Assembly: GCA_047636155.1 (NCBI GenBank)
Contig: JBLIJW010000002.1
Coordinates: forward strand, 603-64,602
Source of the DNA: Flavobacterium sp.
GTDB taxonomy: Bacteria; Bacteroidota; Bacteroidia; Flavobacteriales; Flavobacteriaceae
Direction of reading: 5' to 3'
DNA length: 64,000 bases
The translations under genes were made by a program, and so were the position numbers. Numbering within the stretch: the stretch's first letter is position 1; every line of letters begins with the position of its first letter. The notes under the pieces were generated by a model that was given only the letters and a program-made list of their open reading frames with translations, searched no databases and had not been told where the DNA came from. Shown here in pieces: positions 11,316 to 22,800 of the stretch.

Positions 11316-12515
11316 TTATTTTGATTTATAAATTTGATTTTCAATCGCTTTCAATTCGGCTTCGTCCGAACTATTTAACTTCATGTAAATCATGTTTTCT
11401 TGCATATCGTTCAAGTATTTCTCAGCAACAGTTTTGTTTCCCAAAGCCAAATTCAAACGGATTAGATTAAAATAGACAAACTCAGCAATCGGCGCGTTAA
11501 AATCAGACTTCTTGTCTTTAAAATCTACTTTTGCTAACGTATTAGTCCAAATGTCTATTCCTTTTTGAAGTCCAGCCATCGCTGCTTTGGTCATTTCAGG
11601 GTTTTCTGGATTAATTTTTCTAAGATTTGTCGTAACATAAATGTCCGCTTTTTCCAAATCGTCGTATTTGTTTCCTTTATTTTTTACACTCAATAATTTT
11701 ACCGAACTCTTATTTACTTGATACCCGAAATTTTCATTCAAATAACTATTAACCGTCTTCAAAACATCATTCAAGAAGTTCTTTTCAGTCAATGGTTTGT
11801 TGATGTTATTACTTGGTGAAGACGATACAAATTTGAATTCTTGAAAGAAATTTGTGGTTGCTTTTTCAACACCATTCACTTTTACAATAACTTTGGTTGG
11901 CTGATTGGCAAAAGTTTGTCCCGCATTGTCTTGAAAAGTCAATTTTTTAATATCCACCAAAACATCGACATGACTTCCAGTTCTTGAAAAGCCATTAATT
12001 TTTATTTGTGTGGACAACACATCATTATTGACAATGATATAATCGTTTAAGTTGGGTTCTCTATATTGAGGCACTGCAGGTTTTACATAGTTTGGTTTGT
12101 TTGGGGTAACTAACTTTGGATTTTTCCCTTGATCGGTCATTGCCAAACGTTCTAACATCGAAAGTTTTTTAAACTCTTCTGATTCTAAGGCAAACTTTTT
12201 CTTTGCGGTTTCTATTTCTGAATCGTAGTTTTTTAGTTTTTGTTGGTATTCGGCTTCGCTGGTCGCTACTACTTTATCATGGTTTTTCAATTCCAATTCA
12301 AAGTCAGCTCTGGCTTGTTTCATTACATCATCCGCTGTTAAATTGTATGGAGAAGTTACCGTTACTTTATACGTTCTAAGGGATTCCGCTGTTTCAAAAT
12401 TGGGTTTTTTCAACACATCAAAATCTACATTCTCAGCTGAAATACTTTGGCAAAAACCGGCAGTGCTGTACGATAGCATTAGTAGATAAAAAGGAATTAA
12501 AAATTTGATTTTCAT
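11316..12515 (-). CDS. Hypothetical secreted protein with coiled-coil insert and helical (TPR-like) C-terminus
   Basis: 399 aa, signal peptide GFC|Q, charged helical stretch around aa 60-125; 6 bp from the downstream gene. Confidence 0.8.
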   Translation of the reverse strand: MKIKFLIPFYLLMLSYSTAGFCQSISAENVDFDVLKKPNFETAESLRTYKVTVTSPYNLTADDVMKQARADFELELKNHDKVVATSEAEYQQKLKNYDSEIETAKKKFALESEEFKKLSMLERLAMTDQGKNPKLVTPNKPNYVKPAVPQYREPNLNDYIIVNNDVLSTQIKINGFSRTGSHVDVLVDIKKLTFQDNAGQTFANQPTKVIVKVNGVEKATTNFFQEFKFVSSSPSNNINKPLTEKNFLNDVLKTVNSYLNENFGYQVNKSSVKLLSVKNKGNKYDDLEKADIYVTTNLRKINPENPEMTKAAMAGLQKGIDIWTNTLAKVDFKDKKSDFNAPIAEFVYFNLIRLNLALGNKTVAEKYLNDMQENMIYMKLNSSDEAELKAIENQIYKSK

Positions 12516-12669
12516 TTTGTTACAATTAAAATATTAGGTCACAAAAATAGTGTAAAAAAGGATGCTTATCCTTTGTTTAAAGTTAATTTTAGAGCGTTTT
12601 CATAAAATATACTGCCTATTTAGGGAACCGAAAATTCTCTGCGTACCTTTGCGAAACAAAACAAACAAA

Positions 12670-13941
12670 ATGAGCTTTTCTGAAAGAGATAAAAAACACA
12701 ATTGGCATCCTTATACACAACACAAAACCGCACCAAATTTTCCTGCAATAATCAAAGGAAAAGATGCTTTGCTTTGGGATGAAAACGGAAAAGAATATAT
12801 TGACGCTATTGCATCTTGGTGGGTTAATCCGTTTGGTCATTCTAATACAATTATTGCAGATGCCATTTATAAACAACTAACGACTTTAGAACACGTTTTA
12901 TTTGGCGGATTCACGCACGATAAAGCAGTAGAATTATCTGAAAAGTTAATCGCAATTTTACCAGAAAATCAAAAAAAATTATTCTATTCAGACAATGGTT
13001 CCACCGCAGTAGAAATAGCAATTAAAGTCGCGCTGCAATTTCATTACAACCAAAACCACACCAAATCTAAAATAATAGCGTTTGAAGACGCATTTCATGG
13101 CGACACTTTTGGCGCAATGGCAGCAAGCGGAATTTCTTTTTTTACCGAAGCATTTGAAGGTTCGTTGTTAGAAGTATCTAGAATTCCAGTTCCTGTAAAA
13201 GGCAAAGAAGCCGAAACTTTAAAAGTCTTAGAAGAATTATTACAAACCAACCAGTACGCTGCCTTTGTTTTTGAACCATTAGTTCTTGGCGCCGCCGGAA
13301 TGGTAATGTACGAACCGGAAATTTTAGACCAACTTATTGCACTTTGTAAAACACACAAGGTTTTTACCATTGCCGACGAGGTGATGACTGGCTTCGGAAA
13401 AACCGGAAAAACATTTGCCAGTAATTACCTAAAAGAAATTCCAGATATGATGTGTATGTCAAAAGCATTAACTGGCGGAACAATCCCGATGGCAATTACC
13501 AGTTTTACGCAAACTATTTTTGATGGCTTTTACAACGACGATGTCAATAAAGCATTGTTTCACGGACATACCTTTACAGCAAATCCTACCGGTTGCGCTG
13601 CCGCTTTAGCAAGTATTGATTTGTTGCAAACCGCAAAAATTCAAGAAAGTATTGCTCGGGTAAACCAATCGCATTTGCGCTTTGAAAGCAAAATTAAAAA
13701 CCATCCAAAAGTAAAAACAACGCGTGTTTTAGGTGTTATTTTTGCTTTAGAAATCGTGTCCGAATCTCAAGAATCCTATTACGGAACCATGCGAAATAAA
13801 TTATACAACTTTTTTATAGAAAACGGCATCATTCTGCGACCAGTGGGAAACATTGTCTATATTTTACCACCATATATTATTGAAGATTTTCAACTAGAAA
13901 AAGTGTACCAAACAATAGAAAAAGCCTTAGAAATAGTCTAA
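12670..13941 (+). CDS. bioA: Adenosylmethionine-8-amino-7-oxononanoate transaminase
   Basis: WHPYTQ, DAIASWWVN, SDNGSTAVEIAIK, FHGDTFGAM, DEVMTGFGKTG, SKALTGG (PLP lysine), HGHTF. Likely ATG at 12670. Confidence 0.97.
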   Translation: MSFSERDKKHNWHPYTQHKTAPNFPAIIKGKDALLWDENGKEYIDAIASWWVNPFGHSNTIIADAIYKQLTTLEHVLFGGFTHDKAVELSEKLIAILPENQKKLFYSDNGSTAVEIAIKVALQFHYNQNHTKSKIIAFEDAFHGDTFGAMAASGISFFTEAFEGSLLEVSRIPVPVKGKEAETLKVLEELLQTNQYAAFVFEPLVLGAAGMVMYEPEILDQLIALCKTHKVFTIADEVMTGFGKTGKTFASNYLKEIPDMMCMSKALTGGTIPMAITSFTQTIFDGFYNDDVNKALFHGHTFTANPTGCAAALASIDLLQTAKIQESIARVNQSHLRFESKIKNHPKVKTTRVLGVIFALEIVSESQESYYGTMRNKLYNFFIENGIILRPVGNIVYILPPYIIEDFQLEKVYQTIEKALEIV

Positions 13942-13983
13942 TTTTGCAATCAAAGCAGTATTGCTTGGGATTTACCAATTAAT

Positions 13984-14120
13984 GCAATTCCCGCTTTACA
14001 TTCCAATCTTTTTATTTTGTTCTCGACTACGCTCGAACTGACAATAAAAAGGATTTCCATTTCAAACGAAGTTCATCGAACTCCGATTTAAATAAAAGTT
14101 AAGTGAGATAATCGGGGCTA
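13984..14120. repeat. Structured intergenic repeat, copy B, with a nested REP-like motif
   Basis: GCAATTCCCGCTTTACATTCCAATCTTTT and AAAAGGATTTCCATTTCAA..TCGGGGCTA ends; the loop contains TTCTCGACTACGCTCGAACTGACA (14020-14043). Confidence 0.6.
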
Positions 14121-14141
14121 AATAATAAATTATCAGAATTC

Positions 14142-15323
14142 TTGAAACAAAAAATCGCAATAACCTCTTTTTCTTCCATTTCACCATTAGGAAATAATCC
14201 CGAAGAAATTTGGAATAATTACTTGTCAGAAAACACATTAATAACTTCCGAAAACATCGAAGGAAAAAATAAATTTGTTGCAAAATTACCCCCAAATTTA
14301 GAAAACGATTTAGAAAATTTACGCCAATCCGAATCGAAATATAAAAACTTAGATCCTACCGTTTTAATGGCTATTTTAGCATCGCGAAAAGCGATAAAAA
14401 ATGCCAACTGGAATTCAGAAATTTCCTTCGGAATAAATATTGGTTCGTCTCGTGGCGCAACCCAATTGTTCGAAAAATACCACAAAGAATTTCTAGAAAC
14501 CGGAAAAACCGCCACTTTAGCATCGCCAACCTCAACTTTAGGAAATATTTCTTCTTGGGTTGCCCACGATTTAAAAAGTAACGGTCCAGAAATTTCCCAT
14601 TCCATTACTTGCTCTACAGCATTACACTCTATTTTAAATGCCGTAGCATGGCTACAATCTGGCTTAGCAGAAAAGTTTTTAGTTGGCGGAAGTGAAGCAC
14701 CATTAACTGGTTTCACCATTGCCCAAATGGAAGCACTAAAAATTTATGCCAACGAAGAAACCTTAAATTTAGATAAAAAAGAAGACGGTTTTTACCCAAA
14801 TCGCGCTTTAGATTTTAGTAAAACCAAAAACTCTATGGTTTTAGGCGAAGCTGCGGCAATTGCCTGTTTAGAAGTTGGCGAGCCAGAAAACACCATAGCT
14901 TTTATAGAAGGAATTGGTTATGCAACAGACGATATTACGCATAATATTTCGATTACAGAAGAAGCGATGTGTTTTCAAAAATCCATGCAAATGGCTTTAA
15001 AAAACACTAATATCTCAGAAGTTGATGCAATTGTTATGCATGCACCCGGAACAATAAAAGGTGATATGTCTGAAATGCAAGCTATAAAAAAAATGTTCCC
15101 AGAAACATTACCATTGCTAACTTCTAACAAATGGAAAGTTGGTCATACATTTGGAACCTCTGGAATGTTAAGTTTAGAATTGGCGATTTTAATGTTGCAA
15201 CACAATCATTTTATAGGCGTTCCTTTTGCTGAAAAACAAATCCAAAAAAGTGAAATTAAAAAGATTTTAATAAATGCTGTTGGCTTTGGTGGAAATGCGG
15301 TGAGTATTTTGATTTCAAAATAG
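14142..15323 (+). CDS. Beta-ketoacyl-ACP synthase (FabB/FabF type), biotin-cluster associated
   Basis: IAITSFSSISPLG N-terminus; Cys-His-His triad ITCST / MHAPGT / KVGHTFG; C-terminal NAVGFGGN; TTG start. Confidence 0.9.
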   Translation: MKQKIAITSFSSISPLGNNPEEIWNNYLSENTLITSENIEGKNKFVAKLPPNLENDLENLRQSESKYKNLDPTVLMAILASRKAIKNANWNSEISFGINIGSSRGATQLFEKYHKEFLETGKTATLASPTSTLGNISSWVAHDLKSNGPEISHSITCSTALHSILNAVAWLQSGLAEKFLVGGSEAPLTGFTIAQMEALKIYANEETLNLDKKEDGFYPNRALDFSKTKNSMVLGEAAAIACLEVGEPENTIAFIEGIGYATDDITHNISITEEAMCFQKSMQMALKNTNISEVDAIVMHAPGTIKGDMSEMQAIKKMFPETLPLLTSNKWKVGHTFGTSGMLSLELAILMLQHNHFIGVPFAEKQIQKSEIKKILINAVGFGGNAVSILISK

Positions 15324-15467
15324 ATTTTTTACTAGAATTACAATTAAAAAAATTTCGCGCAAATTTAAAAGATTACCACAGATTTTTTTGCTTCTTTGCG
15401 TTACTTTGAGAATGGGAGTTTAATTTTTTCACAGAGATTCGAAGAGATTTTATACTAATTTATACAA

Positions 15468-15497
15468 AACTCGAAACCCGAAACCTGCAACCTAAAA
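15468..15497. repeat. Degenerate heptamer tandem repeat at the recX 3' end
   Basis: AACTCGA AACCCGA AACCTGC AACCTAA AA. Confidence 0.55.
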
Positions 15498-15983
15498 CTA
15501 CTTTTCTAATTCTACTGCTTTTTTGTAAACCCAATCGCTTTCCCAGCCTTTTCGGAGTAAATTATCACAGAACTTTTTTCTTTTTTTAATTCTATTTTTC
15601 TCCGTTATGCTATTCCAAATTCGTTCGGATAAAGTTTCAAAAGTATCGTAATATTCCCCTTCTGGAATTTCGACAATTGATTTCTTAATTAAATAAGCTG
15701 ATATTTTTCGGAATTTTAATTCGTTAGTAATTCTAATTTTTCCCCATTTTTTTTGGTGGAATTTGCTGAGGGTAAATAATGAAGCAAAACGTTCTTCGTT
15801 AATGTAATTATTTTGAATTAGTTCGTAAATAATTTCGTTTTTTTCTTGTTCCGAAAGCACAAAATCATACAATTTGGAATTTACTTCTTCATGACAGCGC
15901 TCTTGATAGGCACAAAAATGCTCCATTTTTTTAAGAATTTCTTTATTTGTCAAGGATTTTGAAAAATCAAATTTTTTTTCCAA
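15498..15983 (-). CDS. recX: Regulatory protein RecX
   Basis: HFCAYQERCHEEV, NYINEERFA, WGKIRITNEL and LLRKGWE match Bacteroidetes RecX. Confidence 0.92.
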   Translation of the reverse strand: MEKKFDFSKSLTNKEILKKMEHFCAYQERCHEEVNSKLYDFVLSEQEKNEIIYELIQNNYINEERFASLFTLSKFHQKKWGKIRITNELKFRKISAYLIKKSIVEIPEGEYYDTFETLSERIWNSITEKNRIKKRKKFCDNLLRKGWESDWVYKKAVELEK

Positions 15984-16088
15984 TTGTTAATAATTATTTA
16001 ATGTAAAACTACTGAAATATACAGATTTACAACTAGTTTTAAAGTCCCAAATTTTGTGTTCATAACCTAAATCTAATAAACTAGTTTT

Positions 16089-19000
16089 ATGAAGACAAAA
16101 TTACTCTTATTTTTTATTTTTTTGGGTTTTTAAGTTTTGAGCAATGCCAAATTGCTGCTTGGAACTTTACTGCTGAAAACACTGTTCCAACTTCAATTGC
16201 TGATATATTTTCTTTAAATTTAGATTCATCCAATTTATTAACCAGAGGTGCTGGAGCTGCAGAAAGTGCTGGAGCAAATTCTTTCCGAACAGTAGGTTTT
16301 CAAAATAACGGTATTTCTATAGCAAATACAGAATATTTTCAATCAAGGCTGTCTGCGACTTCTGGAAACAGTTTATCATTAACTTCCATCGATACCAGAT
16401 TTGCAGGAACAGCTACATTTGCTGCTATGCCGGGTGTTTCTAATCAATTTGCATATAGCTTAGATGGAACTAATTTAACTTCAACAACAGGAATTCAAGG
16501 TTAGAGACGGAGGAATTAGTTTGAACGAAGCAGACAATTTACCAACAATACTAAATTATTTTACAATTGCGAAAGTGGCAAATCCCGTTTCAAACTGGTC
16601 GGATGCTATAAATACTATTGCACTTTTTGATGGAAATACATGGATTGCAAACGGAGCTATTACAGCAACTAATATTTCATTTACAGGTCTTTCTGTTTCC
16701 GTTGCAAACAATACAGAAAAAACATTATCTATTCGATTATCTTTAAAATGTCCATTAGGTGGAAGTATTTCAGATAACGAATATTTTGGTTTTCCGTGAG
16801 TAACACAAATACTACATTTGCTACTGGCGGATCTGGCAAAACCAGTTTTTCTGCAATAACAAATTTTTCTGGATCAAACATTATTGATGTAGTTGCAACT
16901 CGTTTGCTTTTTGGCACACAACCTTCAAGTACAGGTGTTAATAGCGCCATGTCTTCTAACTTAACGGTATTAGCGGTAGACAACTGCGGAAATTTAGATA
17001 AAATTATACCAATACAATTAGTATTATCAGCACTGGTGCGTTATCTAATTCACCTCTTAATGTAACTCCATCAAACGGAATAGCTGCTTTTTCAAATATA
17101 ATTCATACCGTTTTAGGAACAGAATTTACTTTAAATATAGGTTCAAGAGGTTTAAGAGGTGCTACGAGTAATTTATTTGACATACTAAATATTAATTCCT
17201 TACAACCAGGCGATATTGCTATTTTAGCTTTTAATACAGATGTTCTCAGCGGCGGTGTAGACGAAATAAGTTTTGTAAATTTTATTGACATTTTACCAAA
17301 CACAACAATTGACATGACTGACAACCCTTTCCAAAATTGCTGAACGCCAAATGGTTGGGGACTTTCTGAAGGTTGGGGACTTTCTGAAGGTTGAATTCGA
17401 TTGTTTCGAAAAAATTCGCTTTTACCAAAAGGCACTATAATCACCGTTCGAGTAGATAATTGTAATGCGAGCATAGTTTCGCCAGATCCATCTAATTGGA
17501 TAACTTCAAAACCCCAACCTTCTGGCCAAGGTTCTTTCGATTTGAATGGTAATGGTGAACAAATATTTTTTATGACTGGTGGCGAAGTTGGCGCAACAAG
17601 CGCAACGATAGTTACTTTAGATACAGCTACCTATTCTGGTTATTTCTTGTATGGTTTTAATACAAAAGGCAATGTCTGGAAACCTGTTTGTGGGAATTCT
17701 ACCGCAGGAGGAACAGAAAATTCTGGCAAACCTTCCGACTTTGATTATTTTTTAGTTTGACCAACAATACAAGCAAATCAGAGTAAATATACCGCACTAA
17801 CCACTCCTGCATCACAAAGAGACTGGGTTGTCAGAATTAGTAATTCATCTAATTGGACCGGATATACAGATAATGCAGGATACAATGCTGTTCCGATTTA
17901 TTTTAATGGTACAATTTCGATAATTTCTGGTGTTTATTCCAACGGAGTTTGGATAGGAAATAAAAACACCAATTGGTTTGATTGTGGCAATTGGCAATCT
18001 TTTAAAATTCCAAATCAAACTGTAAATATTTCTACTGGAGTAAATTCTGTCCAAGATGCAATTATAGACTTTACTGAGCCTTTTGCAAGCAATTATGGTT
18101 CAATAGCAAATTATAATAATTTAATCATATCAAATTTTAAATTGCAGGCTGAAGCAAGTCCAAACAATATTATTAATGTGTTTGGAAATCTAACAATAAA
18201 CTCTGGTGGAGTTTTAGATATGGATGATAATAATAGTAGTACAGTAGATGGTGTGTTAAAATTATCAGGGAATTGGACCAACAATATTGGAACTGCTGCA
18301 TTTTTAGAAGGTAACGGTAAAGTTCAATTTTCAGAAAATACCCCACAAATTATAAATAATGTAACTCCCGAAGGAACAGAAGTTTTTTATGATGTGCAAT
18401 TGAGTAATAATTTTAACACATCCGTTTCCAATAATTTAATAGCTTTAGGAAACTTAACAATTGATTCTAATAAATTGATGATAATTGATGTAAATAATTA
18501 TGTTAGGATAAATAAAAAATTAACAAATGATGGCAACGTGCTAATAGAATCTTCAGGCCAAATGATTCAAGTGGATGAAACAGATACAAACATTGGAACT
18601 TACACGGGTACAAGGTTTCAAGTAAAACGAAACTCTACTGTTTCTAATTTTGACTACGTATACTGGTCATCACCAGTAGAAAATTTCGATGTTGCTAACA
18701 TGCCGAACAACAACCAATATTTTTGGAATCCACAAACGGGTAATGCAAATGGAACAGTTGGTAATTGGAATGCCGCATCGGGACCAATGCAAAAAGCGAG
18801 TGGTTATATTATTCGATCTTCAACCAACGGAATTTTAACTGCCAATTTTCTTGAGAAACCGTTTAATGGTAGTTTCACAAAAACTATTTTTAGAGGTAAT
18901 TATAACGTGCCGGTTATTCTGCCAAGTCCTATCGGATTAGGAGCGACAATAGAAGATGACAACTGGAATTTTGTAGGAAACCCGTATTCATCTGCGATAT

Positions 19001-19648
19001 CTGCAACAAATTCTTAAAAAAAACAATAGCACGGGTTCAACTCCCCCGAGATTATTTGACAGAAATATAGCTTCCGAACAAGGTTTTATGCTAAGTATGT
19101 TGCATTCGGCGGGAACTATTCCAAAAACAATTTCTGGCGGAACTTTTATCAGTAGTGATTTTTATTCAGATAATATTACGTTTGAAAATAACATGCGAGG
19201 TGTTAATGGTACTTTTACTCCATACGCCAATACAAAAAAAAATTTTAGAACTACCGCAAATCGGGATTTTCCAGATGCAAATGACGAAGAAGAAAAGTGC
19301 CGAATTTAGATAGATATTATGAACGCACAAGCTAACCAAAATGGAACAACGCTTTTAGAATACGCAACAAATGCTGCAGTAAACCATGAAATATTATACG
19401 ATTGTTTTATACATGAAAATCAGAAATTGGGTTATGTTCTTTAATAAATATAGATAATTTTATTTTACAAGGCCGCCCATTGCCTTTTGATGTAACCGAT
19501 CAAATTCCGCTAATCATAAACATTGCACCCACCGGAAATCATAAAATTGCGATTCGCCAAGAGGATGGATTTTTTCAAATAAGCAAACTTTACTTTTAAA
19601 ATTAATTTGGCAAACGGAACTAAAAAGGTTCAAAAAAGTATTTTTTAG
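16089..19648 (+). pseudogene. Heavily degraded large T9SS type A substrate gene
   Basis: Signal-peptide start MKTKLLLFF is followed by a stop. Fragments in different frames include QIAAWNF..YSLDGT, DYVYWSSPV, WNFVGNPYSSAISA, LQGRPLPFDVTDQIPL and a terminal KINLANGTKKVQKSIF*, separated by many stops and frameshifts. Confidence 0.88.
17353..17393 (+). repeat. 18-bp perfect tandem duplication inside the pseudogene
   Basis: GGTTGGGGACTTTCTGAA x2 followed by GGTTG. Confidence 0.9.
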
Positions 19649-19740
19649 CACATAAAAAAGTGTTTGTTAAAGAACTATTAACAAATAGTTCCTACACCAT
19701 TTATTATTTGTTAACTAATTAATAAAGTGTTCGTTTCAAT

Positions 19741-19844
19741 AACTTTAAGAAAATGTTTTGATGCAAATCAATACGTTTTCTTAAAGTTTAAATAAAATTA
19801 AACTAACACATAAAGTTGATTTTTGCTATAATAAAAATCAACTT
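19741..19844. promoter_or_regulatory. Two long inverted repeats upstream of the choice-of-anchor I gene
   Basis: AACTTTAAGAAAA..TTTTCTTAAAGTT (13 bp perfect, extendable; 19741-19788) and AAGTTGATTTTT-gctataat-AAAAATCAACTT (19813-19844), which ends 3 nt before the ATG. Confidence 0.5.
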
Positions 19845-19847
19845 ATT

Positions 19848-22800
19848 ATGAAACACAACTATTTTTACTCCGTATTACTATTCGGATTATTTTTCTTTAT
19901 TCCGAAATTAAATTATGCCCAAAATGTAATTCATTATTGGAATTTTAACAACAACGCATCGGTTGCGACTATTACAACACCTTCGAATTCTTTAGTTTCT
20001 GGTGCAAGTATTACTGCACAAATTTCTGGAATTTCGGCTATTGATTTTGCCGGAGGAACTGGACAAAACTTTAATGTTTTAAATCTTAATGCTCAGAATA
20101 GTGATGTGTCTGGAACGCATTTACGATTTAACGACCCTATCGGAAGTGCTTTAATATTTGCATTGCCAACTTCTGGTTATCAAAATATCATCGTAAAATT
20201 TGCAACCAGACGTTCAGGTTCTGGAGCAGGAACTCAAGTTTGGTCTTATTCTAATGATGGAACAAGCTACACATTTTTTGCTAACGTAATTCCTAATAAC
20301 GGCGATCCAGCTTTGGCTGCTTTAGATTTTTCTACGATTACAGCCTCAAATAATAATCCTAATTTTAAACTTAAAGTCGAATTCCAACAAGGAACTGGAG
20401 GAACTGGAGGAAACAATAGGTTTGACAATTTTGCCACAGAAGGTGAAACGTCAAATGCACCAGATACAACGCCGCCAAATGCTGTTTTTTCTCCGTTAAC
20501 TTCTGCAACCAATGTTAGCACTTCTGTTGTACCAACTATAACTTTTAATGAAAATGTAAGATTAGTAGATAATTCAGCTATTACAAATACAAATGTTGAT
20601 GCTTTAGTTGAATTGCGTTTAAACAATGCTGCCGGTACAGTAGTTTCTTTTGATGCGACTTTTAGTAATAACGTAATCACTATTTCGCCAAGCGCAACTT
20701 TAACTACAAGTCAGTTATATTACGTTGCTTTATTAGCAAACACTATTGAAGACGAAAGCGATAATGCGATAACAACAACACAAAATGCCTCTTTTACAAC
20801 AGGAAGTCCGAGTATTTCTCTAGCATCTAATTTTATAACCGCTAATGAAAATGTAGGAACTTTATCTTTTGTGTTAAATATCAATAGCCCAAATAACTCT
20901 TCCGTAAATTTAGTTGTAAAACCAGCACCATTTAGCACCGCCGATGTATCGGATTTTACTTTGGCAACACAAACATTAAATTTTACTGCAACAAGCGCAA
21001 CAACACAAACCATTACAATTCCCATTATTGATGATACTTTGGCCGAACAACACGCAGAATATTTTGTAGTAAGTTTAGAAAATCCAGTTGGGATGACGAT
21101 AACTGGGAATCCATCTGCAACGATTTACATTGTAGATAATGATACGCCAGCAATTGTTCCTTCACAAGAAATTCAATTAGATTATATTGGGAGTTTTGAT
21201 CCTTCAGGAAGTAATACTTCTACTTGCGAAATTGTGGTTCACGATCCAGCCACGCAACGATTATTTGCAACCAGCGCAACTGCAGGGTTTTTAGATATTA
21301 TTAATTTTTCAAATCCAACTGCTCCAACCGTAATTTCTTCTATTAATATGAATCCCTATGGTGGAATAACTAGTGTAGCAGTAAAAAACGGCATTCTTGC
21401 TGTGGCATCTCCAAATACAAACGAACAGCTTAGCGGTAGTGTGGTGTTTTTTGATACCAACGGAGTTTTCTTAAAACAAGTTACAGTTGGTGCTTTACCA
21501 GATATGATAGTTTTTACTCCAGACGGGACAAAAGTTTTAACGGCAAACGAAGGACAACCTAATGACGCATATACTGTTGACCCTGAAGGTTCGGTTTCTA
21601 TAATTAATATTTCTGGCGGAATTGCAAATCTTACACAAGCCAACGTTAGCACTTTAGATTTTCAAAGTTTCAATTCTCAAGAAGCTACTTTAATTGCCGC
21701 AGGAATTCGAAAAGTAAAATCTAGCAGCGCGCTTTCTCAAGATTTAGAACCAGAATACATTACTATTTCGGCCGATTCTCAAAAAGCCTTTGTTGCAATT
21801 CAAGAAAATAATGCTATTGCAGAAATTAATTTAGCAACTACAACTATTTCTGATTTATGGGCTTTGGGAACAAAAGACGTCAGTCTTCCAGGAAATGGTA
21901 TGGATATTTCGGATACTAACGGTCAAGCTTTAATTGCGAATTGGCCTATGAAAGCATACTACAATCCGGACGGAATTGCCAATTATACAGTAAACGGAAC
22001 TACATATTTAGTAACGGCAAACGAAGGTGATGAAAAAGATTATGGAGGATTTACTGAAAGAACTACCGTTGGCGCAACTGCATATACTTTAGATGCTGCA
22101 ATTTATCCGAATGCTTCGGTATTAAAACAGACTTACAACATGGGTAGAATGCGAGTTACCAATGCTTCTGGTAATTTAGATGCTGATGTTGATTTTGAAC
22201 AAATTTCTTGTTTAGGAACGCGATCTTTTGCAATTTTTAATACAACGACTAAACAATTAGTGTACGACAGTGGCGATAGTATGGAAAGTTATACTTTAGC
22301 AAATTTCCCAACTTTATTTAATTCAGATCACGGAAGTAATTCTCCGAAAAACAGAAGTCGTGCAAAAGGTCCAGAACCAGAAGGTGTTATTGTTTCTAAA
22401 ATTGGTAACGAAACATTCGCTTTTATAACTTTAGAAAGAATTGGTGGTGTAATGGTGTATAATATTACCAACCCTAACAGTCCAGTTTTTGTAGATTATA
22501 AAAATACCCGTTCAACATCTGCTTACAGTGGTGATAACGGACCAGAAGGTATTATTTATATTAGTGCAGAAAATAGTCCAACACCAAAAGGATATGTAAT
22601 TGTTGCAAACGAAATTAGCGGGACGTTAACCATTTTTGAAGTAAACACAACCAATTTGGCTAATTCTACCTTCGAGAACAATACTAAAACCTTTGCTATT
22701 TTCCCAAATCCAGCAAACCAAGATGGAACGGTTTATTTTAATCGCACTGCCGATGTAGATGTTTATGACATGAATGGTAAAAAAGTATTGTCGCAAAAAC

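Noticed and set aside
17353-17393. Direct repeat considered as a CRISPR or att site
   Set aside because: Only two adjacent 18-bp units with no spacers or cas genes; it is a local duplication inside a pseudogene.
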